This document shows positions 42,901-55,056 of a stretch of 64,000 bases of DNA, one piece after another. The position numbers and the translations under genes were made by a program. This stretch comes from Tubulanus polymorphus (lineage: Eukaryota > Animalia > Nemertea). Location: assembly GCF_964204645.1 (NCBI RefSeq), contig NC_134025.1, forward strand, positions 7,378,001 to 7,442,000, given 5' to 3'. The notes under the pieces are model-generated. The model was not told the DNA's origin. It did no database searches and worked only from the letters and a program-made list of their open reading frames with translations. Positions within the stretch are counted from its first letter, which is position 1; the number at the start of each line of letters is the position of its first letter.

Positions 42901-45900
42901 TGTTAGTATAATTCATCTTTATGTTATATTATTCTTAGATGAGGATATCAAACAGAGAATGTTCGAAAGTACAACAACCAGTTCAATTCAAAACTTAGAC
43001 CTAGCTACAGATACCTCACCATCTAAACTTAGAAGAAAAAGCTTTGGTAAGATTAGTAAAAATTAACCTCATGATATCTTAAGAGTGTAGATTTTGGCAC
43101 AGTTTTTCATTTGGCACACTTTTTTAGCCCCGAGACGAGCATCAGTTGCAGTGGCTGCATTTTCTGTCAGCCCAAGCAGTTACAGTAAAAATGATTCACC
43201 ATTAACACGATACCTTCAGTCAACCCCCATTCCATTTGTTATGCCGCCTGAGCCACCACCAAAAAGTAAATGGGTTCCTGATGCTTCCGTTGCTGAGTGT
43301 ATGGTTTGCCAGCAGGAAAGATTCAGTATGGTATGTTAATTTCCTAAGGCTAAATTTATCAGATTCTTAAGGAGAATGGTACTACAATGTACTTACTATC
43401 AATTCATTTAATTATTAGTTTAACCGACGTCATCATTGTCGCCGCTGTGGTCGTGTAGTTTGCGCATCTTGTTCATCAAGAACCACAATGATTAGAGGCA
43501 TATCTGCTCGCACTTGTGATGATTGCTATGAACAGATCTTCAAACCAAGGTGAACAAGAGTATCTATAAAGAAAATATCATTCAGAATTGTATCAACGTT
43601 AGAGTGATTTTTCTTTGTTTTTTAGGCCAGAATTGACTGATTCAGAAATTTTACAACAGAAGTTAAAGGAAAGATTATCTGGTAAGGCAAGTGAGTCAGT
43701 AGATCAAACATTGAAATGGGGGAATCAGTTTGGTTTCCTTGTACAAGCATCCTCATTTATTATTTCAGGTAACACACTGAGTCCCGTTGGATCTGTAGGG
43801 ACGACTCCACCTGCATTTGGGTCAATATCTGGTAGAAGTTCTGACAGTGTCTCACTAAATCTGCTCGCTGGAGGAGATATGACTTGGAAACTTGATACAG
43901 ATGAAAGTTTCAATACCACTTTGAGAGAGGAATTTTACTATGAACAGGTAGGTTTACATTCTTTTAATGTATTACCGGTATGATATGCCATTCATTAAAC
44001 AATGTCCACCTACATTTTTCTCGTATATGTTTAGGCACCTAGCACATCACTATGCATTTCTCTGCTACAACTGCATAGTGATCCAAATGAATGTGGTCAA
44101 CATATGTTAAAACTTTGTGATGACTTGTCTAAAATGCTCAAGCCAATTGCCCCTGGTGTGGCCAACCCTGAAGTAGATTACACCCTAGTTATAAGGTAGA
44201 CCTTGTGCAATCTTTTATGTTTCTGCTTATTTACAACCCTATTAAACTATTAGCTCAGTAAAACCTACATAACTAAATGTTTTACAGCATGATGAAATAC
44301 TTGCTTTTCAATGCTAAACTGAAGTTCATGGAGTGCAATGATAGTAGTGGTTTGGATCAGTGCGAACAATTCAAGGGAAAGGTTGATCTAGTCAGTCTAC
44401 TCGTGTCTGCCAACTGCCAAGATATTCCATCCATCCTTGAATTGACTAAGATGGATGCCGTTCGGTAAATTCTCTCATAGCTAAAAACTTATTATTCTCT
44501 ATCTGTTACATAATTATGAAAAATTTATATATTTCTAATCCAGGCGTCTCAGAGATCGCCTCATAGAAGACGAAAGGTTGAGTTTAGCTATGGAAGTTTC
44601 AATGAAATATGGAATCGATCCAATAGGTGTATGGGTAGCGTGGGGAAAAGCTTGTCTCAAAATGGGAGATTATCCTACAGCAAGAGCAAAGTTTGCCAGA
44701 TGTTTAAAAGTAAATTTTACATTTTATCATTTGTCCCTGTTTTGCAGTTCATATCTTCTCACAACTGTGAATTGATCTTTATTGTGGTGAATTCCTTTTC
44801 AGGTACCAAATGATCGTCATTCTAATCAAATGCCTAGTAAACTATTGTGTGATATTGTGGATATGATTGGAAACCAACGTCATCAAGCTGGTGGTAAAAA
44901 GGCATTCATGGCTCAGTTGAAATCGTTTAAAGATCTTGTTGCACAGCCACCTCGACTGTATACTGGAGATATGATTTTAGATGATGTACAGTTTGACGAA
45001 TGCTTACACTATCTTAAAACATATGGCAATTACTTAGCCCTGGTTGATTTTCTAAGGAGACATGGATATCTGCAGAAAGCACTTTCATTCATTTTAGAAA
45101 AGGTTTTTATGCTGTCTTAAAACTATAAGTATCAGCTAAATGTGTAATAACATATAATTTACGAAAAATCATGAATCTCTCTAATCTATATTTCAGAAAT
45201 GTTCTGGGGAAATATTCATTGATGGAATACTCAATCCATGTATGAAATCTGGACACCTCAATAACCTTCTGGACCAAATGGTTATGATTGATGTGAGCTT
45301 GGATAAATGGCACACATACTTGAATACGAGTTGCAAGTATCTTTACAAGATGAAGTTTACCAATGTTCTTTATGAATTTCAAGTATTCATGAAGGTACAT
45401 TTATGATATAAGCTTACATTTAGCGAATCCTCAAAAAATATAGTTTTCTATGTTTTCTTAATAATTTTCTTTTAATTTTCATTATTATTTACAGGATTAC
45501 TTCAGGGCTGCGATGACTTGCATCAATACGTTCTATGAAAAAGGTGCCAAATCATACACAGATCTTTTGCACAGAACCAATCACCTGATCACGGCTAAAC
45601 AGCACATGGAAGCGTATCTAGCTATGAATACAGGGAGCAGTGGTAAAGCAGTTGCAGGTTTTACTTCATCGCCATCAATAGTTTGCAGACATGAAACCCC
45701 TGCACGACTTAAACAATCATTAGATGAAGTTACTAAGTAAGTTTGAATTATATGCATTGAGCTATTTATAAGTAAGTTTCCTAATCGTTGGTGGTAAGCT
45801 TTTATAATCAGATGGGCTTGTGGTTTGTGTGTGAAAATATCCGACTAAACCACAGACAGGTTACTGACTAACTATTTATCTTTATGATATAGATACATCG

Positions 45901-47224
45901 AGACAATCAATTACCAGATAGAAATCACTAAATTTCTTCAACGACATGAGGTCAGAAATTATGATCCATATGCTGCCTCTAACTCTCCGTCCTCAATGCC
46001 AGTACCCACACTATTTGGAAATAGTAAAATGAAAGGTGCCTTAGTTATAAAGGTAAGTAGATATTTCAATTTTGATGCTGGAGGTAAAGATCTGCATCTT
46101 TGCTTAAAACCTTCAAGTAAATATCCGGTAGAAAATATTTGTATGTACCTAATATCCGAGTTACTTATATACGGTACTCATATAGGTATTGGTGTCTGGT
46201 GAAAATATTACTGAGTCATTCAAAATTGCTGTTGATGTGATAACTGTAAGTACTACCGGTATTGTATTTTGAAGTATTCATTTATTTTTTATGATCAACT
46301 GTGGATACTTATGTTTTCTTTAGAAATACAAGCTCAATGCTCCACTGCTTTTTACACAAGTTTGTCGGAATTATGTGAAAGATCGCAACATACAAAAGAT
46401 GCATTCACTCCTCAAATTAATTCAAAAAACTGATCTTTGCGTTGATCAGGATTTGGATGAAATTATATGGGCCATTTTACGTGTATTGGTTGATGATGGC
46501 AATGAGGTACAGTAGATTCTTGACTTGAATTATCAGAGGTATGTAACAAGTTTAACAGTGTAGAATTAACACAGAAAGCTTTTTATTTCATTATTCTTAG
46601 GGACGAGAAATCGAAAGCTTGATCAAATTAATTAAAGATGATGCTAATAAGGTATGTATGTCACTGTGTTATGCTTTATTTTTCTGGTAAAATTCTATTA
46701 TTCAATTCATCGTCTGTAGAAAGATCACTGTGACTATCCGACATATCTGAATGGCATGTATCTGTGTATTACGGCTAGCGCCGCTCTTCTGGCGCTGACG
46801 TCATATCCGGTAAATGGAAACAGTACATGACGGAATGGAAGAATTCGCTATTAAAATACCTTTTTAATCGAATTCATTCAATTTTCAATTAAGATTGCAA
46901 TCCCTATGAGAAATGTGACCATAGACCAACGATATGTGACTAAAAACTGGGGTTCTTAGGAAAAGTTGTCACATGTCCTTTTTAAAAGTTTACGAATGTA
47001 CAATGTACCTACCACGATTTATCTTTTTTAGGATAATGTTCATTTCTTCTGATTTACAGATTAAAGCTCTCATATTGTGCGGAAAATTAAAGGACGCTTA
47101 CCTTTACGCTGTTAAAAAGGGATCTGTGGATGATGTAAAAACGATAGCTAGTGTAGCGGCGCAGAAAGGACAAATGGCTGTGAAAAAAATTTGTGAGAGT
47201 TGGTTGCAACAGCAGCAAAGATAA
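33909..47224 (+). CDS. ZFYVE26: Zinc finger FYVE domain-containing protein 26 (spastizin, SPG15), ~35-40 exons
   Basis: N-terminal LFKHFCNNLYLGQWEIAATCI, IYPITYRVEILENIFSLLF, PTLLFEQLLMNMRVEW, FYVE finger WVPD..CMVC..FSMFNRRHHCRRCGRVVCASCS..RTCDDC, LREEFYYEQAPSTSLCISLL, MKDYFRAAMTCI and C-terminal ALILCGKLKDAYLYAVK...ICESWL. Confidence 0.95.
45820..45874 (-). repeat. Dispersed repeat copy matching 10725-10780
   Basis: The reverse complement tagtcagtaacctgtctgtggtttagt..cggatattttcaca..aaaccac is nearly identical to 10726-10780. Confidence 0.8.
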
Positions 47225-48935
47225 GACTTGGTCTAGTAGAGTTATAGTAGTAGTCTAGTAGTATTATAACATGGTGCTTAACAGGATACCTCTATAATGG
47301 CAACTTTAACTGAACATATTTAAGGTTAAGGAGCTGCAAGAATCCACTGCTTCAAAAAATCTTTATTCCACGTACCATTAGCTGATTAACGAATTTTTGG
47401 TTACCATATCCGGTTGATAAACAGGGTGCAACAAAATGCTTTAGAAATTTTCGAAATTAACCAAATTCATAGGTCACTACGACCAGTTTGACTGGTAGAC
47501 TGATATTAATCTCAGTATTTCAGAGTTGATGAGCAAAATAGTTGATGATTTAACCATTTATAAATAGGTTCGTCTCGAAAGTGATGGATATTTTTGTACG
47601 ACTGAAACTTCTAATTTGGTTTTATATGTAGTGATTAATATCCTGTTTTTATTGTCTAATCAGGGGAAAATGTTAAACGATGTTCTGTATAATGTTGAAA
47701 AATGGCTCATCTAGTTGCAATAATTGTACGACGCAATATATATTTTAGTTTTGTCAACTGTTAGTATTTCCAATTATTGTACCAATTGTTTCTTCTAATT
47801 TCAAGTTTAAGAATAATAAAATGTATACAGTAATTGTATCTGTGTTAGGTTTTTTAAAATGAAGGTCTTGTTAGTAGTCAATTAAGGCTGATTTCGATTA
47901 TGCACAATTGAAGTTGTACTAGCCATGGCAAAACGATTTATGACCGATCCTTCAAACTGAGAAAACCAGTGTTGAGCTCTTGACTGAACCTTCAGACTTG
48001 TACCAAGGAAAATCCACCGATAGCATGAAATGCAAAAAACTAATCATTTTCAACACTTTTGAGAATTTATTAACTCAAAAAATAAATTACATGCTATAAC
48101 TAGTCAACAAAAACCCCAAAATACATGAAAAACAAAACGAATGCTTTGCTTTCTGTAGAAACAAGCGTGATCATTTAGTTTCGAAATCACTCAATGACAA
48201 TGATTGACACACATCGCATATAGAAATACTGAATTCGAAACATAATTTGACAATAAGATTACATCTGAAGAATCGATTAATCTCTTGGATGCATTAACAA
48301 ACTGGAGAGCAGTAAAATTCTAACCTTAAAATGCATTAGTCATTTCATTTTATCAGTTGGTACAGTATTTTCCACTCTTTACAGGCATAAAAATTCAGAA
48401 TATTAAAAGTGATAGAGATTAAAATCAATGACACCTGCTTGATATTATTGCTATTCATTACATGACAATTCATTGTAAATACATGAATCAAAGAACACTG
48501 AAAAGCAGTGCGAATTAAAAAGATATTTAATTATCCTATTTATTTGAAAGACAAAACAATGTACGAGTTGGTAATCTTTTATCAGTATACAGGGTAGTAA
48601 GGTAGGTGTATTTTGCTTAAAAACAGGCATGAGCTTAGAAGTGAATTGCTTGAAGTAATTTTTACCCCAAGAGCAGCAGAAATTGTGGTACCAGTATCTA
48701 AGAATCCAACCATAATCAGCTCTTATACCTTAATGTTGACATTTAAGCTTGTTTCATGGGAAACATTTAAAATTCAGAATCTACTACTCTAAGGATAGAG
48801 ACACATGATCTTGCTAGAAAAATATAATGAACTAAGGTGTAAAATTCATAAAAACAATCAATACACACGTGCACACTGACGGTCTAAGATTATCGAATTA
48901 TAAAATCTCACATAAACAAGCGGAGTTTATAAAAC

Positions 48936-51900
48936 TCAACGTAGAACTACGTTATCAATAGGAAACGTCCGTAATACATGACCCATTCCTTTGGTTTGTC
49001 CTTCTCGTAAGAGGAGTCGCGCTCCGGGTTTCAGATACTCCGGTTGTTTAATGAAACGGAACTGGATCGTAGCCTGCTGGTTCGTTTGTAACGATGACTA
49101 GGAAGAAAAATTAGACAAAAACGTTTTAAGTTATAATTCAAAATAGTTCGGTAAATTCAAACATTTAAAAATATCAGTAGTGTATGTATGAGTTTTAAAT
49201 TGTAAACCAGCATTTTTAATTATGATAAGTGGTACAACATAAGTACATGTAAAAGAGTTGCAACTTATCTATGTACCGTAAAGCGAAATTGACCAGGGAA
49301 TTACGCACCTTATCCATTTTTTCTATAATAGCTGTTTGACGTATATTGCCACAATGTATAGTGGCCTGGAAACCTTTACATATATAATTGGAATGAAACA
49401 GTAGGACAAGCTCTGCCTCAAATGTCATACAAGATGTCGGCTTCATTTCTGGACTCAACAACACCATACCCTTAAAAATTGAAATAAAGTGAATTTTTAA
49501 ACTGCATCTCATAATTTATCACAACGTCACTGAATATAATAACATACTTTTCGAGGTATGATGTTCCCGATATCTCCGACGGCGACGGCACAAGATTGAC
49601 CAGCCTGCACGACACGACATGGCAGACGATTCCGATGAATACTGTGAACGGACACGGTATGAAAACTGCCATCATCCGTCGGACCTAACAACAAATCATC
49701 CTTCTCTCTGATCATTCCCTTCGCGAGTGTACCTCCGAGGACCGTACCAACAAACGGTATACTGTACACTTCATCGACCTAATATACACAAAAGAATCAA
49801 CTACATAAAGAGTTAAATCATTGCAACCGCAGGCAATTATAGATTATACCGTACATCACATTGTACCTGATGTTCAGTGAGCTCGTTAATCAGTTGCTCC
49901 CGCTCAGATGGATTTTGTAACGGCGGTAACGCGTTCAAAAACATTCGTATGAGATCCATATTCCTTCCTGTTACGCAGGATATAATAAATATCGGCGTTA
50001 CCCTAAAAAACACACAGAACACTCAGACAATAGTAAACTTTAGGTTGGTATTACAAAATGATCGAAGAGAGTTAGAACGCATTCCATTTTTGGTTAAGCA
50101 AAGGTGAAGGGATAATTTGAACTTACTTATCAGTGCTGAATGACGAAGCCGCTGTGATAGCATCGTCTTCAGTTTTAATAGTGAACGGTACTCTCTTACA
50201 GCCCGGTGCTTTAAGCAACCGTTCCAACTGCTCAACTGTGCGGTTAATGCCACTCGCGCGACACATGTCAATCTTATTGATAACAACGAATACGGGAACA
50301 CCGAGCGCGATCGCAAATCCGAGATGTTCTTTCGTCGTGCCAACTGAAAGCGAAATTAAATCTGCGAAATAAGCTCCGCATGACTTAAACGCAGCAACAT
50401 AAGAATTACGGTACTGACCTAATCCAGTATTCGCGCTGACTACTAACATAGCAAAGTGAGGTAAATAGCCTGTCAACCCAAATATTGTCGTCTTCAAATA
50501 TTTCTGATGACCAGCAAGATCAATAAGAGTGATAAGTTTAGTCGATCGATCACAGATTTCTTCAGCATCCTCACAATTACTGTAGTTCACAACCTGAAAT
50601 AATGACAAGTTCAAAGACCATAGGCAAGTATATCATGGGTACTACTGAGCCTAGTAATAAATGCATAATAACAGTTAAAGGGAATATCCAAACACACGCA
50701 CAGTGGAACCCCATTATTACTACCTCAGATATAATGACTAGAAACCTAGAATTGCATCCCAAATAGGACAATTTCAATAATTTCATACTGGATATGATGA
50801 TCAGTTATAACTAACAGGTTTTCTAGTCCACTGAAGTTCGTTGTAACGAGGTTCCACTGTAGTTATTTCAATGATCTCTTATCACCTAGAAAAATGATTA
50901 CCTCTCCTTTACTGGTAAAACCCATAATTTCATGGCTAATACTCGATGTGCGACCGGATTGTATTTCGTGAAGATGTCGAAACAGGTTGAGCCTCGCTCG
51001 TCCACGACCGTTATCCAGTTCACCTTGAGTCAATACACCGAGTACGGTACTCTTACCAGCATCAACGTTTCCCAAAACGGCCAATCTCAAATCAATAAAC
51101 TAGAAAATACAATATAGTTACAGTTACAACTATTACATCAAAGCATCACGTTTTCATCTAGTGCATATATATAATGCATAGATCTGCCATCATAAATCTT
51201 GAGATAAAGACTTTGCTGTCATATTTACCTGCTGATCATCGGGAACTTTTCTAATGAGAACCTCTGATGCTCTGCGTTTTCTTTGATGATGACGTCCGGG
51301 TTCCGGCGGATCAACAACTCTCTCACGCAAAACCTTCATCGATGCTCCTAGTCTTATACCAGAAAAGAGAAAAAAAAATAACAAATGGGCTTTAGCAATA
51401 AGATCATCAGGTAGATTACCGCAAAATCAGAGGCCAGTTGCTCAGTGGTTGGTTAAAGATAACCAACGGATAAATACCATAGTAACAATGAACTTTTAAT
51501 TGTCACTATGTCAACTATCCACTAATTAACCAACTTATGAGCTACTAACCACTGATGTGTAGGACTTTTTTTGTACCTGTCCGCCATTCTATTCAGAGTT
51601 TGTAGTGATGCATCCAAATCTTCATCATTTAAACCAGTCAACATTCCACAGTCCTCAACCCCTATTTCATAAATTGCTTCACCTTTTCCTTCCTGAAGAC
51701 GCCATTTCATCTGAGTGACCAAATGTTCAAATCGACTATCAGAAGGATTTAGTAACTTCAACTGTGTAAAAGAGAACAAGAATCTAGTGATATGCCATCA
51801 ATGAATTCAGCAGATATTCTCAGTTAAAAATTTGCAGCTATCATTCAAAGCTCACCTTATACTCAACATTACCCTCTTCTACCTACAATAAGAGAGGAAA

Positions 51901-52283
51901 CAGAGTTAAGTTTCTAATTAGATATTTTAGATTTTAATGCAATGATACTGACAGATTGTGATGGTACTACCGCCACCAGTAAAAAAAGAAGCCAGGGTCT
52001 CCAGGTCCAGAGGCAGATACTCATCTCTGCTGGCAGGAGAAAAAGTAGTTGATAAGCGATATACCTCAGGAGGGAGAGTCGCTGGCATCTCTGTCTCGAG
52101 TGATGAACTACTGCTACGCTGATCGTCTCCATTTTTCTGCCCGGCGACTGGAATTCGGGCCCTGGCCACAGAATCGTTATTGACATCGAAGAGGGTAGAA
52201 GCAGCCACTGGCAAGTGGGGCTGTTCTTCGATTTCGTCCTCGTCATCATCGCAATCACCGAATAAACCGACTAAGTGGGCCAT
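48936..52283 (-). CDS. GTPBP2: GTP-binding protein 2 (translational GTPase, ribosome rescue)
   Basis: [50 protein letters not shown] (GTPBP2-type N-terminus; 27-nt microexon at 51882-51856), G1 [34 protein letters not shown] and C-terminal [15 protein letters not shown] at 48938-48936. Confidence 0.95.
50701..50859. mobile_element. pogo/Tigger-like MITE in a GTPBP2 intron
   Basis: CAGTGGAACC...GGTTCCACTG|TA termini. Confidence 0.7.
51431..51545. mobile_element. MITE, Harbinger-like family copy 4
   Basis: ggccagttgctca..gttggttaa...ttaaccaac..tgagc palindromic structure. Confidence 0.55.
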
Positions 52284-52600
52284 AATTGCCACAACTTCAG
52301 TTTTCCAAACCTTATCCAAGCATCAGCTATACTGAATGATGCATTGATTGCGCAAACCGAGTTTAAATACGTTCGGTTTGAAAGTGAATTGCAACGTCAA
52401 ATAGCCATATTTCATCACTAAGCAAAAAGCAGTATGTTGAGTGAGCTGCTGATATATAAATCGTGGAATAAACCACTCTAGCCCTTTACTTTTCATATAT
52501 CATATTATCAAAATGGCATAAAAAGCTGTCCGATTAAGAATAAAATATTGAACTATAAGTTTGATTAAAGAAATCTGATATTTTATAAGTTAAACTGCTA

Positions 52601-52654
52601 GGAGTCGAACCTAATCAATACAGTGCCGGAGAATCAAATAGTAGGTTCGAATCC
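52601..52654. promoter_or_regulatory. Pair of divergent Pol III B-box motifs without a tRNA (ETC-like site)
   Basis: GGTTCGACTCC on the minus strand (52611-52601) and GGTTCGAATCC on the plus strand (52644-52654). No A box or cloverleaf. Confidence 0.45.
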
Positions 52655-52972
52655 CTTAATTCCCCATGCCGTATAACTGCTGTCTGCCACATTACTAGCG
52701 GTGCGACTATTCCGAGATGTTCATGGGAATGAAATAAAACAGAAATCGTACGAAAATAAAAACAATTTATTGACCGACAAGAAAATCAAGTGTTTGAAAT
52801 TTTCCAACAAGAAATGAGAGTATACATGGGATTGATTCCAGACTCAGTCTGCACATCATGGTTCACAGTATTTCATCACTGAATCGAATATATCTTAGCA
52901 ATCATTGGCTCGCAGTCGAGGATACATCTATAGGGCCTAGTATGTCCACACATATAATATCTTAACACTGGG

Positions 52973-54743
52973 TCAAGTGTCTTCATCATCTTTTTGCATT
53001 TGTTCTATCAGACGCTTTCTTTCTTCAGCTTGTCTCATCCTCATCAGGACTATACTCTCAAAATCTCTATTTTCACTTGCCTGAAATTTGAAATTCCAAA
53101 TCAAGTATATACAATTGCATCACTTTTAAGCTTGTTCAGGCCAAACACATAAAGTACTTTTACCTGAGATTTAGCTACTGTTGGCGAATCTGATTCTGGA
53201 GTATCTGATTTTTGCATTTGTTTAGGTTTACCGGAGAGCCAGGTTATAGTCAATGGACATTCTGGATTTCCTATTTCATACTGTTGTGCCATAGTCTATG
53301 TAGAAAAGAAATAAAACTTGACTAGAGATCAGGCAGTTCAGCATTACTAAGAAAATCAAGACAGAATATAGAAATAAATACTCACAGCTGCCTGTGATGA
53401 CTTGAATTCTACTATACCACTTCCTTTCTTTTTGCTTGAAACCAATAGATTTAATACTTCACCATACTGCAAATAAAAAGTAAGACACATTCTAGTTTTT
53501 TCTTTGACACGCAACTCAATGAAACCATTTTGATATCAACCTCACTACCTTTTTAAATGCATCCATCAGATAATCATAAGTATATCCAGCATTGCTTTCA
53601 TCTGATTTCTTTACTTTCCATTTTATTCTCAGTTTTGGACTAACGTCTTGAATATCATCTACATTGATCATCAAACAGAACTAACGTTAGGTCAAGGTTT
53701 ATTGAGTTTCTGGCGGAGATGATTTATTTAACTTAATAGATTTCACCTGTATCTTCTTCGTTCGCAGTAGTTTCATATTTTTTCTTCATTTCTTCTCTTA
53801 ATCGATTTTGTTCTTCTCGAAGAATGCGGGAGCCTTCTTTTTGTAGACGTTCAATCTATGAATGATATCAATTTTATATTGTGAATTAAATTTGCTAAGG
53901 GTTCCTATGACCGTTTTGATAAAATTCTAAAGGAAAACACTTAGGCCTAACCTCTTTTTGAAGTGATTCCGCAGGGGACAACTTTGACGCAACTTCTCTT
54001 TGCTGTTGAAAGGCATTTTCCCGTGCTATAAGATCTTCTTTTAACTTTTTCCTTTTTGAATCAAGTTCCTGATGTCGCAGAGCAGCAGCTTTCTTTGCTG
54101 ATAATGCCTTATCATAAGCTGCCTGATAATAATGGAACAGTAACGTAATATATTGAATGAACTCTAAAACTACTCCTACTAGATATGGATTCATGTAAAC
54201 GGAGCAAAAAACTTACACGTGCTGCAGCGTCAGTTAAGATTTCTAATGCCTTTGATAATTCATGAAAGAGTTCAACTAAAAAACAAATTGGCTATTAGTT
54301 ATAATTATGAACAATTGACAAAAGAAATCCTCCACATCAATCGCCAAACACTGTCACTAACAGTTGATTCAAATCACAGGTAATTCGTTTCATATCTACC
54401 TGCTTTAGGATCTGGATTCTTATCTGGATGGCATTTCAGTGCCTTTTTTCGATAAGCTTTCACAATCTAAAAGTAAAATAAACTGTTAGTTTCAGGCAGG
54501 TTTGGAAAAAGATAGGATTAAACCCGGAAGTGATTACTGGGTTTCCCCAAGAGTCCAACCGGAATTATTTACGATTTTGTAAATATGAGTACATTGTTCT
54601 CCAAATCGATACAAACTTGAGCTGCACTAATGATGCTTGATCAAGGCATTGCACAAACAATGGATTACACTAACCTCCTTTTCAACAGCGTCTTCTTTCA
54701 CCCCTAAAATATCATATAAATCTAACTTCGTTATATCCGCCAT
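52973..54743 (-). CDS. DNAJC17: DnaJ homolog subfamily C member 17 (J domain + RRM)
   Basis: [15 protein letters not shown]...[70 protein letters not shown]...[18 protein letters not shown] and C-terminal [24 protein letters not shown]. Confidence 0.95.
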
Positions 54744-54979
54744 TTCCGCACTTGTCCGCACTAAATCGCGGTCTGTGACTGTGAGTGTGGATATGAAATA
54801 GCGGTGGGTCCAATTCGAGTCAAATGTGAAAATGAATTTCATCTAGAGGGACCTAATTGTGAAATTTCCTCCATACATTTATTTCGCCTTGCCTTGGGTT
54901 TTTACTAACAAATTAAAAAATCATTTCCTGTTGTTTAACCTAGGAAAAAATAAAATATGAATTGAAATTGGAATAGTTT

Positions 54980-55035
54980 TGAGCGTCTGCTACCGGCGCT
55001 AGATGGCGTTCAATGTAGCGTGCTGACGTGTGCGT
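54980..55035. promoter_or_regulatory. Bidirectional DNAJC17 / TANGO1 promoter with CTCF-like and CREB3/XBP1-like motifs
   Basis: GCGCTAGATGGCG at 54996-55008 and TGACGTG at 55024-55030. The two ATGs are only ~310 nt apart. Confidence 0.5.
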
Positions 55036-55056
55036 GCGTCAGTTAGTGCAACCGCT

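Noticed and set aside
52597-52660. tRNA gene
   Set aside because: T-loop-like B boxes only, with no A box, anticodon arm or acceptor stem. The same holds for single B-box-like sites near 9866 and 30377.
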